From: Candidatus Rokuibacteriota bacterium
Lineage (GTDB): Bacteria; Methylomirabilota; Methylomirabilia; Rokubacteriales; CSP1-6
Direction: 5' to 3'
Length of the DNA stretch: 64,000 bases
Assembly: GCA_016209635.1 (NCBI GenBank)
Contig: JACQWC010000221.1
Coordinates: 30,859-94,858, forward strand
Within the stretch, counting starts at the first letter, position 1, and each line of letters begins with the position of its first letter. A program made the position numbers and the translations under genes. The notes beneath the pieces are model-generated. The model saw only the letters and a program-made list of their open reading frames with translations, did no database searches and was not told the DNA's origin. This document shows, in pieces, positions 54,560 through 62,465 of this stretch.

Positions 54560-55289
54560 GGTCCGGGACGTGCGGAAGGCCTTCGACGGGTTCCAGGCGG
54601 TCGCGGGCGTGAGCCTCGGCGTCGCGCGGGGTCAGATCGCCGCGATCATCGGCCCGAACGGCGCCGGCAAGACCACCTTCTTCAACCTCATCACGGGCCA
54701 CATCCGGCCGGACGGCGGGCAGGTCCTGCTGGAGGGCCGGGACATCACCGGCGTGCCGCCCCACGACATCTGCCGCCTTGGCATCGCCCGCTCGTTCCAG
54801 CGCACGAACATCTTCCCGCGGCTGACGGTGTTCCAGAACGTCCAGGCGGCCCTGATCTCCCACCGCGGGCGCGGCCTCAACCTCCTGGCCCGCGTCGACC
54901 GGCTCTACCGCGAGGAGACCGACGCGCTCCTCCAGTCGATCGGGCTCCTCGGGAAGGCCGGCGAGGTCAGCGGCTTCCTCTCGCACGGGAACCAGAAGCA
55001 GCTCGAGCTGGGCCTGGCGCTCGCCAGCGAGCCCGACCTGCTGCTCCTGGACGAGCCGACCGCCGGCATGTCGGCCGCCGAGACCCGCGAGACCATCGCG
55101 CTGATCCACCGGATCACCGCCGAGCGGGGGCTGACGCTCCTCTTCACCGAGCACGACATGGAGGTCGTCTTCTCCATCGCGCAGACGATCACCGTGCTCC
55201 ACCAGGGCCGGGTCATCGCCGAGGGGCCGCCCGCGGAGGTCCGCGGCGATCCCGAGGTGCGCCGCGTCTACCTCGGAGAGCGCCCGTGA
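54552..55289 (+). CDS. ABC transporter ATP-binding protein (LivG-like)
   Basis: GPNGAGKTT Walker A, LSHGNQKQLEL signature, LLLLDEP Walker B. Confidence 0.92.
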   Translation: MLEVRDVRKAFDGFQAVAGVSLGVARGQIAAIIGPNGAGKTTFFNLITGHIRPDGGQVLLEGRDITGVPPHDICRLGIARSFQRTNIFPRLTVFQNVQAALISHRGRGLNLLARVDRLYREETDALLQSIGLLGKAGEVSGFLSHGNQKQLELGLALASEPDLLLLDEPTAGMSAAETRETIALIHRITAERGLTLLFTEHDMEVVFSIAQTITVLHQGRVIAEGPPAEVRGDPEVRRVYLGERP

Positions 55290-56038
55290 TCCTCGAGGTA
55301 CGCGACGTCCACACCGCCTACGGTCTCTCGCGCGTGCTCTTCGGCGTGTCGATCGCGGTCGGCGCCGGTGAGTGCGTCTGCCTCCTGGGTCGGAACGGCG
55401 TCGGCAAGACCACGACCCTCCGCTCCATCATCGGGCTCACCCCGCCCAGCGCCGGCCGGGTCGTGTGGAAGGGCCAGGACATCACGGGGTGGCCGCCCTA
55501 CCGCATCGCCCGCGCGGGGATCGGCTTGGTGCCGGAGGACCGGCGCATCTTCGCCGATCTCACCGTGTGGGAGAACCTGGACGTCGCGAGCCGTGCAGGG
55601 CGGAGCGGGGTCGCGCCTGTGTCAGGCCGCCCACGGAGCGTTCCGGCCTCGCGGCCCCCGTTACAATGGACCATCGAGCGGGTCTTCGACCTCTTCCCGA
55701 CGCTCCGCGAGCTCACGACCCGGCCTGGAGGGTACCTCTCGGGCGGCGAGCAGCAGATGCTGACGATCGCGCGGACGCTCATGGGGAACCCGGAGCTGCT
55801 GCTCCTCGACGAGCCCTCCGAGGGGCTCGCCCCGATCGTCGTCGATCACCTGCGCGAGCAGATCGCGCGCCTCAAGCGCGAGGGGCTCACCATCCTCCTC
55901 GCCGAGCAGAACGTCGGGTTCTCCCTGGCGCTCGCCGATCGGGTCTACGTGCTCGAGAAGGGATCGATCCGCTTCAGCGGCAGCGCGGCCGCGCTCCGCG
56001 ACAACGAGGCCCTGCGCCACGAGATGCTGGCGCTCTAG
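55286..56038 (+). CDS. ABC transporter ATP-binding protein (LivF-like)
   Basis: GRNGVGKTT, LSGGEQQML, LLLLDEP. GTGA overlap with the upstream gene. Confidence 0.92.
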   Translation: MILEVRDVHTAYGLSRVLFGVSIAVGAGECVCLLGRNGVGKTTTLRSIIGLTPPSAGRVVWKGQDITGWPPYRIARAGIGLVPEDRRIFADLTVWENLDVASRAGRSGVAPVSGRPRSVPASRPPLQWTIERVFDLFPTLRELTTRPGGYLSGGEQQMLTIARTLMGNPELLLLDEPSEGLAPIVVDHLREQIARLKREGLTILLAEQNVGFSLALADRVYVLEKGSIRFSGSAAALRDNEALRHEMLAL

Positions 56039-56072
56039 GTAGCTTTCCGGGCTCGCCCGAAGGAGGAACAGC

Positions 56073-56606
56073 ATGAAGGCCACACTCGGTGCCGCGCTGA
56101 CGGCGGTCGCGCTTCTGGCCTCTGCCCACCTCGATTCCCCGGCCCGGGCGACCGACTTCGACCACCACTTCCTGGCCGCGACCTGCGTCCAGAAGATGGC
56201 CGCCAACGGGCGGCCGATCGGCGAGATCGTGACCACCGCGAACGGGGTGGCCGTGCAGCACCGCGCCAACTCGACCGAGGACCTGGTGCTGTACTGCAAC
56301 GTCGATCCCGCCGGGACGCACTTCTTCAACATGTTCCAGATCCTCGCCGAGGACAACACGCCCACCGGCTCGGTCACCGCGACCCTCTACCAGGCCAACG
56401 CCGACGGGGGTGGAGCACCGGTGGCCCTGGCCACCGTCGCCACCACGGATCAGGCCGGGGTGCAGGTGGCTCAGAACTTCGGCGACCCAGACATCGAGAC
56501 CCTGAACGAGATCTTCTTCCGCTACTACATCGAGATCGTGGTGCAGCGGCAATCCCCCGGCGACGTGGTTCGCGTCTACGCCGTCAGCCTGAGGGACGTC
56601 CTGTAA
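56073..56606 (+). CDS. Secreted hypothetical protein
   Basis: 177 aa. GAAGGAGG SD. Signal peptide MKATLGAALTAVALLASAHL. High GC3. No family recognised. Confidence 0.65.
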   Translation: MKATLGAALTAVALLASAHLDSPARATDFDHHFLAATCVQKMAANGRPIGEIVTTANGVAVQHRANSTEDLVLYCNVDPAGTHFFNMFQILAEDNTPTGSVTATLYQANADGGGAPVALATVATTDQAGVQVAQNFGDPDIETLNEIFFRYYIEIVVQRQSPGDVVRVYAVSLRDVL

Positions 56607-56635
56607 CCGACGGCTGGCCGCCGCCGGGACGCCGC

Positions 56636-56665
56636 TTGACGCGCGCGCGGTGGCGCTGCTAGCGT
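56636..56665 (+). promoter_or_regulatory. Sigma70-like promoter candidate TTGACG-N18-TAGCGT, placed so that the ATG at 56673 would be at or near the transcript 5' end (leaderless)
   Basis: Read directly. Only 7 nt separate the -10 from the ATG, and there is no SD. Confidence 0.35.
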
Positions 56666-56672
56666 GGGCCCG

Positions 56673-56966
56673 ATGGCGACACCGTTCAAGATCGAGTGTC
56701 CCTGCTGCCAGGCCCGGCTCACCGTCGACCCGGAGCTCCAGGCGGTGCTGAGCCACGAGGCGCCGCCGCCCAGGCGCGCCATCGCCGACCTCGGCCGCGC
56801 CGTCGACGCCCTGCGCACGAAGTCAGCCGAGCGGGAGGAGCGCTTCCGCCAGCAGATGCAAGCGGAGAAGCAGAAGGGCAAGCTGCTCGACCGGAAGTTC
56901 CAGGAAGGACTCAAGAAGGCGAAGGACTCCCCGGACCCGCCACCGAGACCGTTCGACTACGACTAG
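56673..56966 (+). CDS. Small hypothetical protein with an N-terminal CPCC half zinc-ribbon and a Lys/Glu-rich helical tail
   Basis: MATPFKIECPCCQARLTVDPEL...EREERFRQQMQAEKQKGKLLDRKFQEGLKKAKD. The track start at 56664 is a GTG inside the putative -10. Confidence 0.55.
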   Translation: MATPFKIECPCCQARLTVDPELQAVLSHEAPPPRRAIADLGRAVDALRTKSAEREERFRQQMQAEKQKGKLLDRKFQEGLKKAKDSPDPPPRPFDYD

Positions 56967-56967
56967 C

Positions 56968-57993
56968 GTGGCCTCGGCCGACGACCTGCTCGGCGATCTC
57001 CTGCGGCAGGTCAGCCGGAGCTTCTACCTCTCGCTCACGATCCTCCCGCCGAGCCTGCGCGAACCGATCGGCCTGGCGTACCTGCTCGCCCGTGCCGCCG
57101 ACACGGTCGCCGACACGCGCCTCATCCCCCGCGCCGAGCGGTTCGGCCACCTCGAGACCCTGCGCCGCGCGTACGCGGGGGCGACCGCGGACACGGGCGC
57201 GGTCAGGGACGCCTGCGCGCCCCACCAGGCGCGCGGCGCCGAGCGGCGGCTGCTCGAGCGGCTCCCCGAAGGCGTCGCCCGGCTCGCGGCGCTGCCCCCG
57301 ACCGATCGCGCGTACGCGCGCACCGTGCTCGCCACGCTCACGGCCGGCATGATCTTCGACCTCACCCGCTTCCCGGGCGAGGACGCGGCGGGCCTCGGCG
57401 CGCTCGAGACGCTCGAGGAGCTGGACCACTACACCTACCTGGTCGCCGGCTGCGTGGGAGAGTTCTGGACGGCGCTCTCCATCGCCCACCGCCCGCGACT
57501 CGCGCACTGGGACGCGGCGACGATGGGCGCCCGCGGGGTGCGCTTCGGCAAGGCGCTCCAGATGACGAACGTCCTCCGGGACGTCCCCGCGGATCTCCGG
57601 AGCGGCCGGTGCTATCTGCCGGCGCGCGAGCTGGCCGAGCTCGACCTCCGCCCCGCCGATCTCCTCGATCCCGCGTCCACCCCGCGCGTCCGCCCGCTCG
57701 TCCGCCGCCTGCTCGCCGTCACCGTCGAGCACTACCAGGTCGCGTGGGGCTACACGCTCGCCATTCCCCGGCTCGAGTTCCGGCTGCGGCTCGCGTGCGC
57801 CTGGCCGCTCCTGATCGGCCTGGGCACCCTGGCGGAGCTGGCCGCCCATCCGGACCCGCTCGCGGCCAGGGAGCCGATCAAGATCTCGCGAGCGGCGGTC
57901 CGCGGCATCCTCGCGCGCTCGGCGGTGACCGTGTGGTCCAATCGCGCGCTCGCCGCCGACGCGGCGCGCCTCCGCGGACGCATCTCCGTCTGA
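56968..57993 (+). CDS. Squalene/phytoene synthase family protein (HpnC/HpnD-like)
   Basis: GTG 1 nt after the upstream TAG. VSRSFYLSLTILP, AYLLARAADTVAD (DxxxD), NVLRDVPADLRSGRCYLP. Confidence 0.85.
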   Translation: MASADDLLGDLLRQVSRSFYLSLTILPPSLREPIGLAYLLARAADTVADTRLIPRAERFGHLETLRRAYAGATADTGAVRDACAPHQARGAERRLLERLPEGVARLAALPPTDRAYARTVLATLTAGMIFDLTRFPGEDAAGLGALETLEELDHYTYLVAGCVGEFWTALSIAHRPRLAHWDAATMGARGVRFGKALQMTNVLRDVPADLRSGRCYLPARELAELDLRPADLLDPASTPRVRPLVRRLLAVTVEHYQVAWGYTLAIPRLEFRLRLACAWPLLIGLGTLAELAAHPDPLAAREPIKISRAAVRGILARSAVTVWSNRALAADAARLRGRISV

Positions 57994-58081
57994 GACCCCG
58001 CACCGCGAAATTCCCCCTTGCGCCCAGTGGGCGCCGCATGCACCGTATGGCGGGTCCACTCACCCGACGCGGAGGAGACAG

Positions 58082-58315
58082 ATGGAACGGATGAACCCCG
58101 AGATGCAGCCCTGGATGCCACCGGCCCCGGCGGCTCCGCCGGCACCGGCACCACCCCCCGCTGCCCCCGTCGCGCGGAAGCCGGCCACGAAGGCGGCGCC
58201 GCGACGGAAGGCCAAGCCCAAGGCCAAAGCCAAGGGCAAGGCCAAGGCGAAGGCCAAGGCCAGACCGACGAAGGCCCGCCGCCGGGCGAAGTCCCGCGCG
58301 CGCAAGCGCCGCTAG
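58082..58315 (+). CDS. Small very basic protein: Pro/Ala-rich N-terminus + Lys/Ala repeat tail (histone H1-like)
   Basis: GGAGGAG 4 nt before the ATG. ...KPATKAAPRRKAKPKAKAKGKAKAKAKARPTKARRRAKSRARKRR uses preferred AAG/GCC codons. The antisense ORF would need rare TTG Leu codons. Confidence 0.5.
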   Translation: MERMNPEMQPWMPPAPAAPPAPAPPPAAPVARKPATKAAPRRKAKPKAKAKGKAKAKAKARPTKARRRAKSRARKRR

Positions 58316-59193
58316 TCGGCGAGCGAGAGACCCAGGAGTCGCGCCGGGTCCACGCGAGCCGTCCCCACCTGGACGCCGAAGTGCAGGTGGGGACCCGTCG
58401 CGCGACCGGTGGCTCCGACCGTCCCGATCGGCTGGCCCCGATCGACCAGGTCCCCCTCGGTGACCGAGACCGCATCGAGGTGGAAGTAGAGCGTGTAGAG
58501 GCCGAACCCGTGGTCCAGGACGACCAAACGGCCCGGGAAGAAATACTCGGCCACGAGGACGACCCGGCCGGAGTTCGCGGCGACCACCGGCGCGCCGAGC
58601 GGGGCGGCATAGTCGGTGCCGCCGTGAGGCGCCCGGGGCTGGCCGTTGATGATCCGGCGCGCCCCGAAGCCGCTGCCCGGCTCCGAGCCAGCGACGGGGC
58701 GCGTGAAGCGGCCGCGCCAGAGCCGCTCCGACGTGAGCATCCGGAAAAGGGTGCGCAACCGCTCCGCCTCGCCGAGGGCCCGGCGCTCGGTCTCGGGGTC
58801 GAGATCGACCATCGCCGGCGGCAGCGTCAATCGCTCCACGGGAAAGTCGCGCGGCCGGATGTGGAGGGTGCCCCGCACCGTCCGCGGCTCGCGGCCGGAT
58901 TCCAGGATCGCGAGCCGCCAGGGCTGGGCCCCGGCCTTCGTCTCGAGATCGAGGCCCGAGAGCGCCGCATGGCCGCCGCCGTAGGCGAAGAACGCGAGGG
59001 ACCGGCCGCCGAGCGACCCCTCGACGGAGGCCTCGGCCGGGGCGCCCTGGACGCTGACCCACGCGACGTCGCCGGCCGCCGGCCGCGCGGGCCGCCACAC
59101 GACCCGCAACCCGTCCGCGGCCTCGGCGAGCGCTCCCGGGGGTGAGACGACGAGCAGCGCCCATCCGAGCAGGATGAGCGCGGCGGCGGTCAC
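58312..59193 (-). CDS. M23 family metallopeptidase with N-terminal signal/anchor
   Basis: C-terminal 293 aa of track ORF 58312..59838. GTG at 59193 overlaps the PAC2 TGA. HGGTDYAAPLGAPV, GATGRATGPHLHFGV. Confidence 0.88.
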   Translation of the reverse strand: MTAAALILLGWALLVVSPPGALAEAADGLRVVWRPARPAAGDVAWVSVQGAPAEASVEGSLGGRSLAFFAYGGGHAALSGLDLETKAGAQPWRLAILESGREPRTVRGTLHIRPRDFPVERLTLPPAMVDLDPETERRALGEAERLRTLFRMLTSERLWRGRFTRPVAGSEPGSGFGARRIINGQPRAPHGGTDYAAPLGAPVVAANSGRVVLVAEYFFPGRLVVLDHGFGLYTLYFHLDAVSVTEGDLVDRGQPIGTVGATGRATGPHLHFGVQVGTARVDPARLLGLSLAD

Positions 59194-60080
59194 TCGGGTC
59201 GCTGCTGCCGGAGGAACTGCTCGATCTCCGCGACCAGCTCGGCCGCCGGCGGGAGATCGGACGCCTGGGCCTCCGGACCGGGCGGGTTCTCCTCGGCGTC
59301 CCGCGACTCGAGCTTCTTCACGTAGTTCGCGATCTTCGCGTTCTGCGCCAGGACCTCGGCGAGATTCGCCTCGAACTGCCGCGTCGCCTCCTCGAGATCG
59401 CTCAGATCGAGCGAGGCGCCGAGGAGCGTCAGGACGCGCCGGACGAGCGCGAGCGCCGCCTTCGGGTTCTCGATGCCCGAGACGTAGTGAGGCACGTTCG
59501 CCCAGAGGCTCCCGACCGGGACCCCCTCCTGGCGGCAGATCGTGTTCAGGACGCCGACGATCCCGGTCGGCCCCTCGTAGCGCGTGGGCCGGGTTCCGAG
59601 CACCTGGGCCAGCTCGGGATCGGAGGCGCCGCCGACGAGGCGGACGGGCTTCGTGTGGGGCACCTCGGCGAGGAGGGCGCCGAGGGTCAGCACCAGCGTG
59701 GCGTCGCAGCGGCGCGCGAGGTCGAGCACGGCCTGGCAGTAGCGCTTCCACCTGAGGTGCGGCTCGACGGCGACGCCCACGATCACGTCCCGCGCGAGGT
59801 CGGGCGACTGGACGACCGAGAACTCCGTGGCCGGCCACACGATCTCGCGCTCCGTCGGCGATCCGGCCTTGAACCGCACGTACGGGCGGGAGAGGCCGAA
59901 GTGGTAGAACTCCTCGGGATCGATCTCGGCGAACTTCTCGGCCCGGAAGGAGGTGGTGAGGTAACGGGCGGCGGTCGTCGCCGACTCCGCGGCGTCGTTC
60001 CAGCCGCTGAAGGCCATGATGAGGACGGGCCGGCGGGGCTCCCGCGGCAGCGTGTGAATCGTTAGCGGATCCACGGGCAT
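59190..60080 (-). CDS. PAC2 (proteasome assembly chaperone 2-like) family protein
   Basis: ATG at 60080 with GGAGGAGG 6 nt upstream. PVLIMAFSGWNDAAESATTAARYL...IDPEEFYHFGLSRPYV...IVWP... is typical of bacterial PAC2 proteins. Confidence 0.82.
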   Translation of the reverse strand: MPVDPLTIHTLPREPRRPVLIMAFSGWNDAAESATTAARYLTTSFRAEKFAEIDPEEFYHFGLSRPYVRFKAGSPTEREIVWPATEFSVVQSPDLARDVIVGVAVEPHLRWKRYCQAVLDLARRCDATLVLTLGALLAEVPHTKPVRLVGGASDPELAQVLGTRPTRYEGPTGIVGVLNTICRQEGVPVGSLWANVPHYVSGIENPKAALALVRRVLTLLGASLDLSDLEEATRQFEANLAEVLAQNAKIANYVKKLESRDAEENPPGPEAQASDLPPAAELVAEIEQFLRQQRPE

Positions 60081-60158
60081 GGCGCGCCTCCTCCGGAATC
60101 TCAGGGCGAGTCTACCACGGGACGCGCGTGCCGAGCGGCGCGCGACCGATCTCTCGGG

Positions 60159-60187
60159 TTGACCCGTCGGAGGGCCGCGGGTAGCAT
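60159..60187 (+). promoter_or_regulatory. Sigma70-like promoter candidate TTGACC-N17-TAGCAT
   Basis: Read directly. The -10 ends 35 nt before the ATG at 60223, with a GGAGGG SD in between. Confidence 0.45.
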
Positions 60188-60222
60188 GGGGGCGCGGCAC
60201 ATTCCTGACGGAGGGTTGGCAC

Positions 60223-60480
60223 ATGCGAATCGATGGTGCACGGCTCCTGCTGATCGGCGGCGCGCTCCTCATCCTGACCGGCTGCGCGACCAGCGACGAG
60301 TGGGCCACGTGGAAGGCGCACAACACCCACTTCGCTTCCAGCGACCATCTGTTCTTCTCGACCCGGAACACCGAGGGCAACCCGCCGAAGGTGACGCGGA
60401 ACGACATCGCGATGGCCCGCACCGAGGCGTGGTGGGGCAAGCCGATCACCGTGAGTCAGGAGCAGATCCTGGAGCGCTAG
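60223..60480 (+). CDS. Small lipoprotein
   Basis: 85 aa. Lipobox LILTGC after the signal peptide MRIDGARLLLIGGAL. Confidence 0.7.
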   Translation: MRIDGARLLLIGGALLILTGCATSDEWATWKAHNTHFASSDHLFFSTRNTEGNPPKVTRNDIAMARTEAWWGKPITVSQEQILER

Positions 60481-60482
60481 GC

Positions 60483-61166
60483 GTGTCGCGGGGCGCGGTC
60501 CTCGCGCTCGCCGTCCTCGCTCTGGCGGGGGGAGCCGCGGCGGCGCCCCACGAGGACCGGATCCTCCCCCTCGAACAGTACACCTCGGAAAAGGGCCGCG
60601 CGCTGGCGCACGCCCACTCCCGCGTCCTTCGCGAGCTGAACAGCGAGATCTATCACTGCCTCCCCTGGGTGGAGATCGAGAAGGAGTCCATCGGCTTCTT
60701 CAGGCCCAAGCACCTCCAGCGGGACGATCGCTATCTCTCCCTGCGGATCTACATCGAGCAGGATCCCTCGCCGGCCTTCTCCCGGGCGTCGCTCGAAGCG
60801 CGGGCGTCCGCGATGTTCTCGCGGTACGTGGGCCCGCTCCTCCGGCGAATGGCGCGCGACGCCGCCCTCCTCGCCGACGGGTCCGTCGACGGCTTCACCG
60901 TCGTGCTCGAGTGGCAGAAGGACGCGCAGCGCCAGGGGGAGCGGCCGATCCACGAGACGATCGCGGCGTTCGTCGACAAGCCGACGGCGGTCGACTACCT
61001 CGCCGGCCGGCTGCGCCCGGACGAGCTGGTGGCGCGCGCGCGCGTGCTGGGCTGGGACGGAGAGACGCCGCGCGGCACCCTGCGCCTGCAGGCGTGGGAC
61101 GACAACTTCGTCGCGACCTACAAGGTCAAGAACTACCAGCTCGAGCCCGGCGTCTCCTGCCAGTAG
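60483..61166 (+). CDS. Secreted hypothetical protein
   Basis: GTG 2 nt after the lipoprotein stop. Signal peptide VSRGAVLALAVLALAGGAAAA. High GC3. No family recognised. Confidence 0.6.
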   Translation: MSRGAVLALAVLALAGGAAAAPHEDRILPLEQYTSEKGRALAHAHSRVLRELNSEIYHCLPWVEIEKESIGFFRPKHLQRDDRYLSLRIYIEQDPSPAFSRASLEARASAMFSRYVGPLLRRMARDAALLADGSVDGFTVVLEWQKDAQRQGERPIHETIAAFVDKPTAVDYLAGRLRPDELVARARVLGWDGETPRGTLRLQAWDDNFVATYKVKNYQLEPGVSCQ

Positions 61167-62014
61167 CGCTCAAGAGATTCGCGGACCGCCGCGGCGATGC
61201 GCGCGAGCGCCCGGGCCGCGTCGCGCTCCGGCTCGAGGGCGACGAACGGCGCGCCCCGATCCGCCGCCGCCGCGAGCAAGGGATCGAAGGGTATCCGGCC
61301 CAGGAACGGGATCCCGGCGGCGGCGGCGAGAGCCCCGGCATCGGGCCCCGGGAAGAGGCCGGCCATGTTCTCGACGAGGCCGAGGACGGGCGCCCGCGTC
61401 TGGGTGGCGACGGTGATCGACTTCCTGACGACGAGGTGCGACACCTCCGAGGGGATCGTGACGATCACGCTCCCGGCGAGCGCAGGAAGGACGGAGGCAA
61501 CCGTGGCGAGGCGGTCCGTCCCGGGCGGCAGGTCCACCAGCATCAGGTCGAGGTCGCCCCAGTTGGTGTCGGCCAGGAACTCGCGGAGCGCGTTGACCTC
61601 CATCGCGCCCCGCCACGTGTGGGCGTCTTCCTGCGTCGGCGCGTCCCAGGTCAGCGGCGTCGCGTCCGAGGGCAGGAGGAGATCCATCGACATCACCCTG
61701 ACGCCGAGGGAGGTCCGCGGCGGCTCGACGCCGCCGCCGACGACGTCGAGCCGCGCGCCTCGCACGCCCAGCATCTTGGCCATCGTCGGCCCGTTGAGAT
61801 CGGCGTCGAGGACGCCCACCCGCCAGCCGCCGAGCGCCAGGCAGCAGGCGAGGTTCGCGGTGAGCGCGGACTTGCCCACCCCGCCCTTGCCCGACACCAC
61901 GGCCACGACCGAGCGGACCCCCGCGAGGCGGCTCCGGAGTCGCGCCTGCTGCTCCGCGACCTGGCCCGCGATGTCCGACCCGGCGTCGCCGGCGATGTCC
62001 CTGTACCGCTTCAT
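61133..62014 (-). CDS. Mrp/NBP35 (ApbC) family Fe-S cluster carrier ATPase
   Basis: VVSGKGGVGKS deviant Walker A, DADLNGP, VDLPPGT, GLVENM. Confidence 0.9.
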   Translation of the reverse strand: MKRYRDIAGDAGSDIAGQVAEQQARLRSRLAGVRSVVAVVSGKGGVGKSALTANLACCLALGGWRVGVLDADLNGPTMAKMLGVRGARLDVVGGGVEPPRTSLGVRVMSMDLLLPSDATPLTWDAPTQEDAHTWRGAMEVNALREFLADTNWGDLDLMLVDLPPGTDRLATVASVLPALAGSVIVTIPSEVSHLVVRKSITVATQTRAPVLGLVENMAGLFPGPDAGALAAAAGIPFLGRIPFDPLLAAAADRGAPFVALEPERDAARALARIAAAVRESLERYWQETPGSSW

Positions 62015-62021
62015 CCGGGCC

Positions 62022-62465
62022 TCAGTGTTCCGCCGCGTGACGGGGCGCGGCCGCCCACGCGGCGCGGGCCACCAGGACCAGCGCCACGAGGGTGACGACG
62101 AAGAAGACGGCGGCGCCCGCCCGGAACGTGATCACGCCGCCCCACGGCGCGGGGACCGACGCGGTCTCGGACCGCAGCGCGATCTTCCCGACCTCCCACG
62201 CGCGAACGGCCATGAAGAGCGCCAGGACCCGCGCGAAGTCCCGGCGGGACAGGATCCAGCGCTCGAACCACGCGCGGGGGCGCCGCAGGAGGAAGGGGAT
62301 GAGGACCACGAGCGCCCCGCCCAGGAGGATCCACCCGATCCCCGCCGCCATCGAGCCGCGGACACCGACGCCGTGAAGGGCGAGGTACACGCCGCCGATC
62401 CAGTAGATCACGCCGTAGACGAAGTAGCCGCGGGCCGCGGCGCGGAACCGGTCGTCCGGACTCAC
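62022..62465 (-). CDS. Small 4-TM membrane protein, unknown function
   Basis: C-terminal 147 aa of track ORF 62022..63950. GTG at 62465 overlaps the radical SAM TGA (GTGA). Four hydrophobic segments. Confidence 0.6.
   Translation of the reverse strand: MSPDDRFRAAARGYFVYGVIYWIGGVYLALHGVGVRGSMAAGIGWILLGGALVVLIPFLLRRPRAWFERWILSRRDFARVLALFMAVRAWEVGKIALRSETASVPAPWGGVITFRAGAAVFFVVTLVALVLVARAAWAAAPRHAAEH

Noticed and set aside
55560-55680. An Arg/Pro/Ser-rich insertion in the LivF-like ATPase (SRAGRSGVAPVSGRPRSVPASRPPLQ)
   Set aside because: It is only about 10 residues longer than the variable linker that normally occupies this position, the frame is continuous, and the flanking motifs are intact. 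It is probably ordinary loop variation.
58060-58305. A minus-strand hydrophobic ORF (LALAFALALPLALALGLAF) as a small membrane protein
   Set aside because: It is the antisense reading of the Lys/Ala repeat. It would rely on TTG Leu codons that are otherwise rare here, and it lacks an SD. The plus-strand ORF has preferred codons and a good SD.
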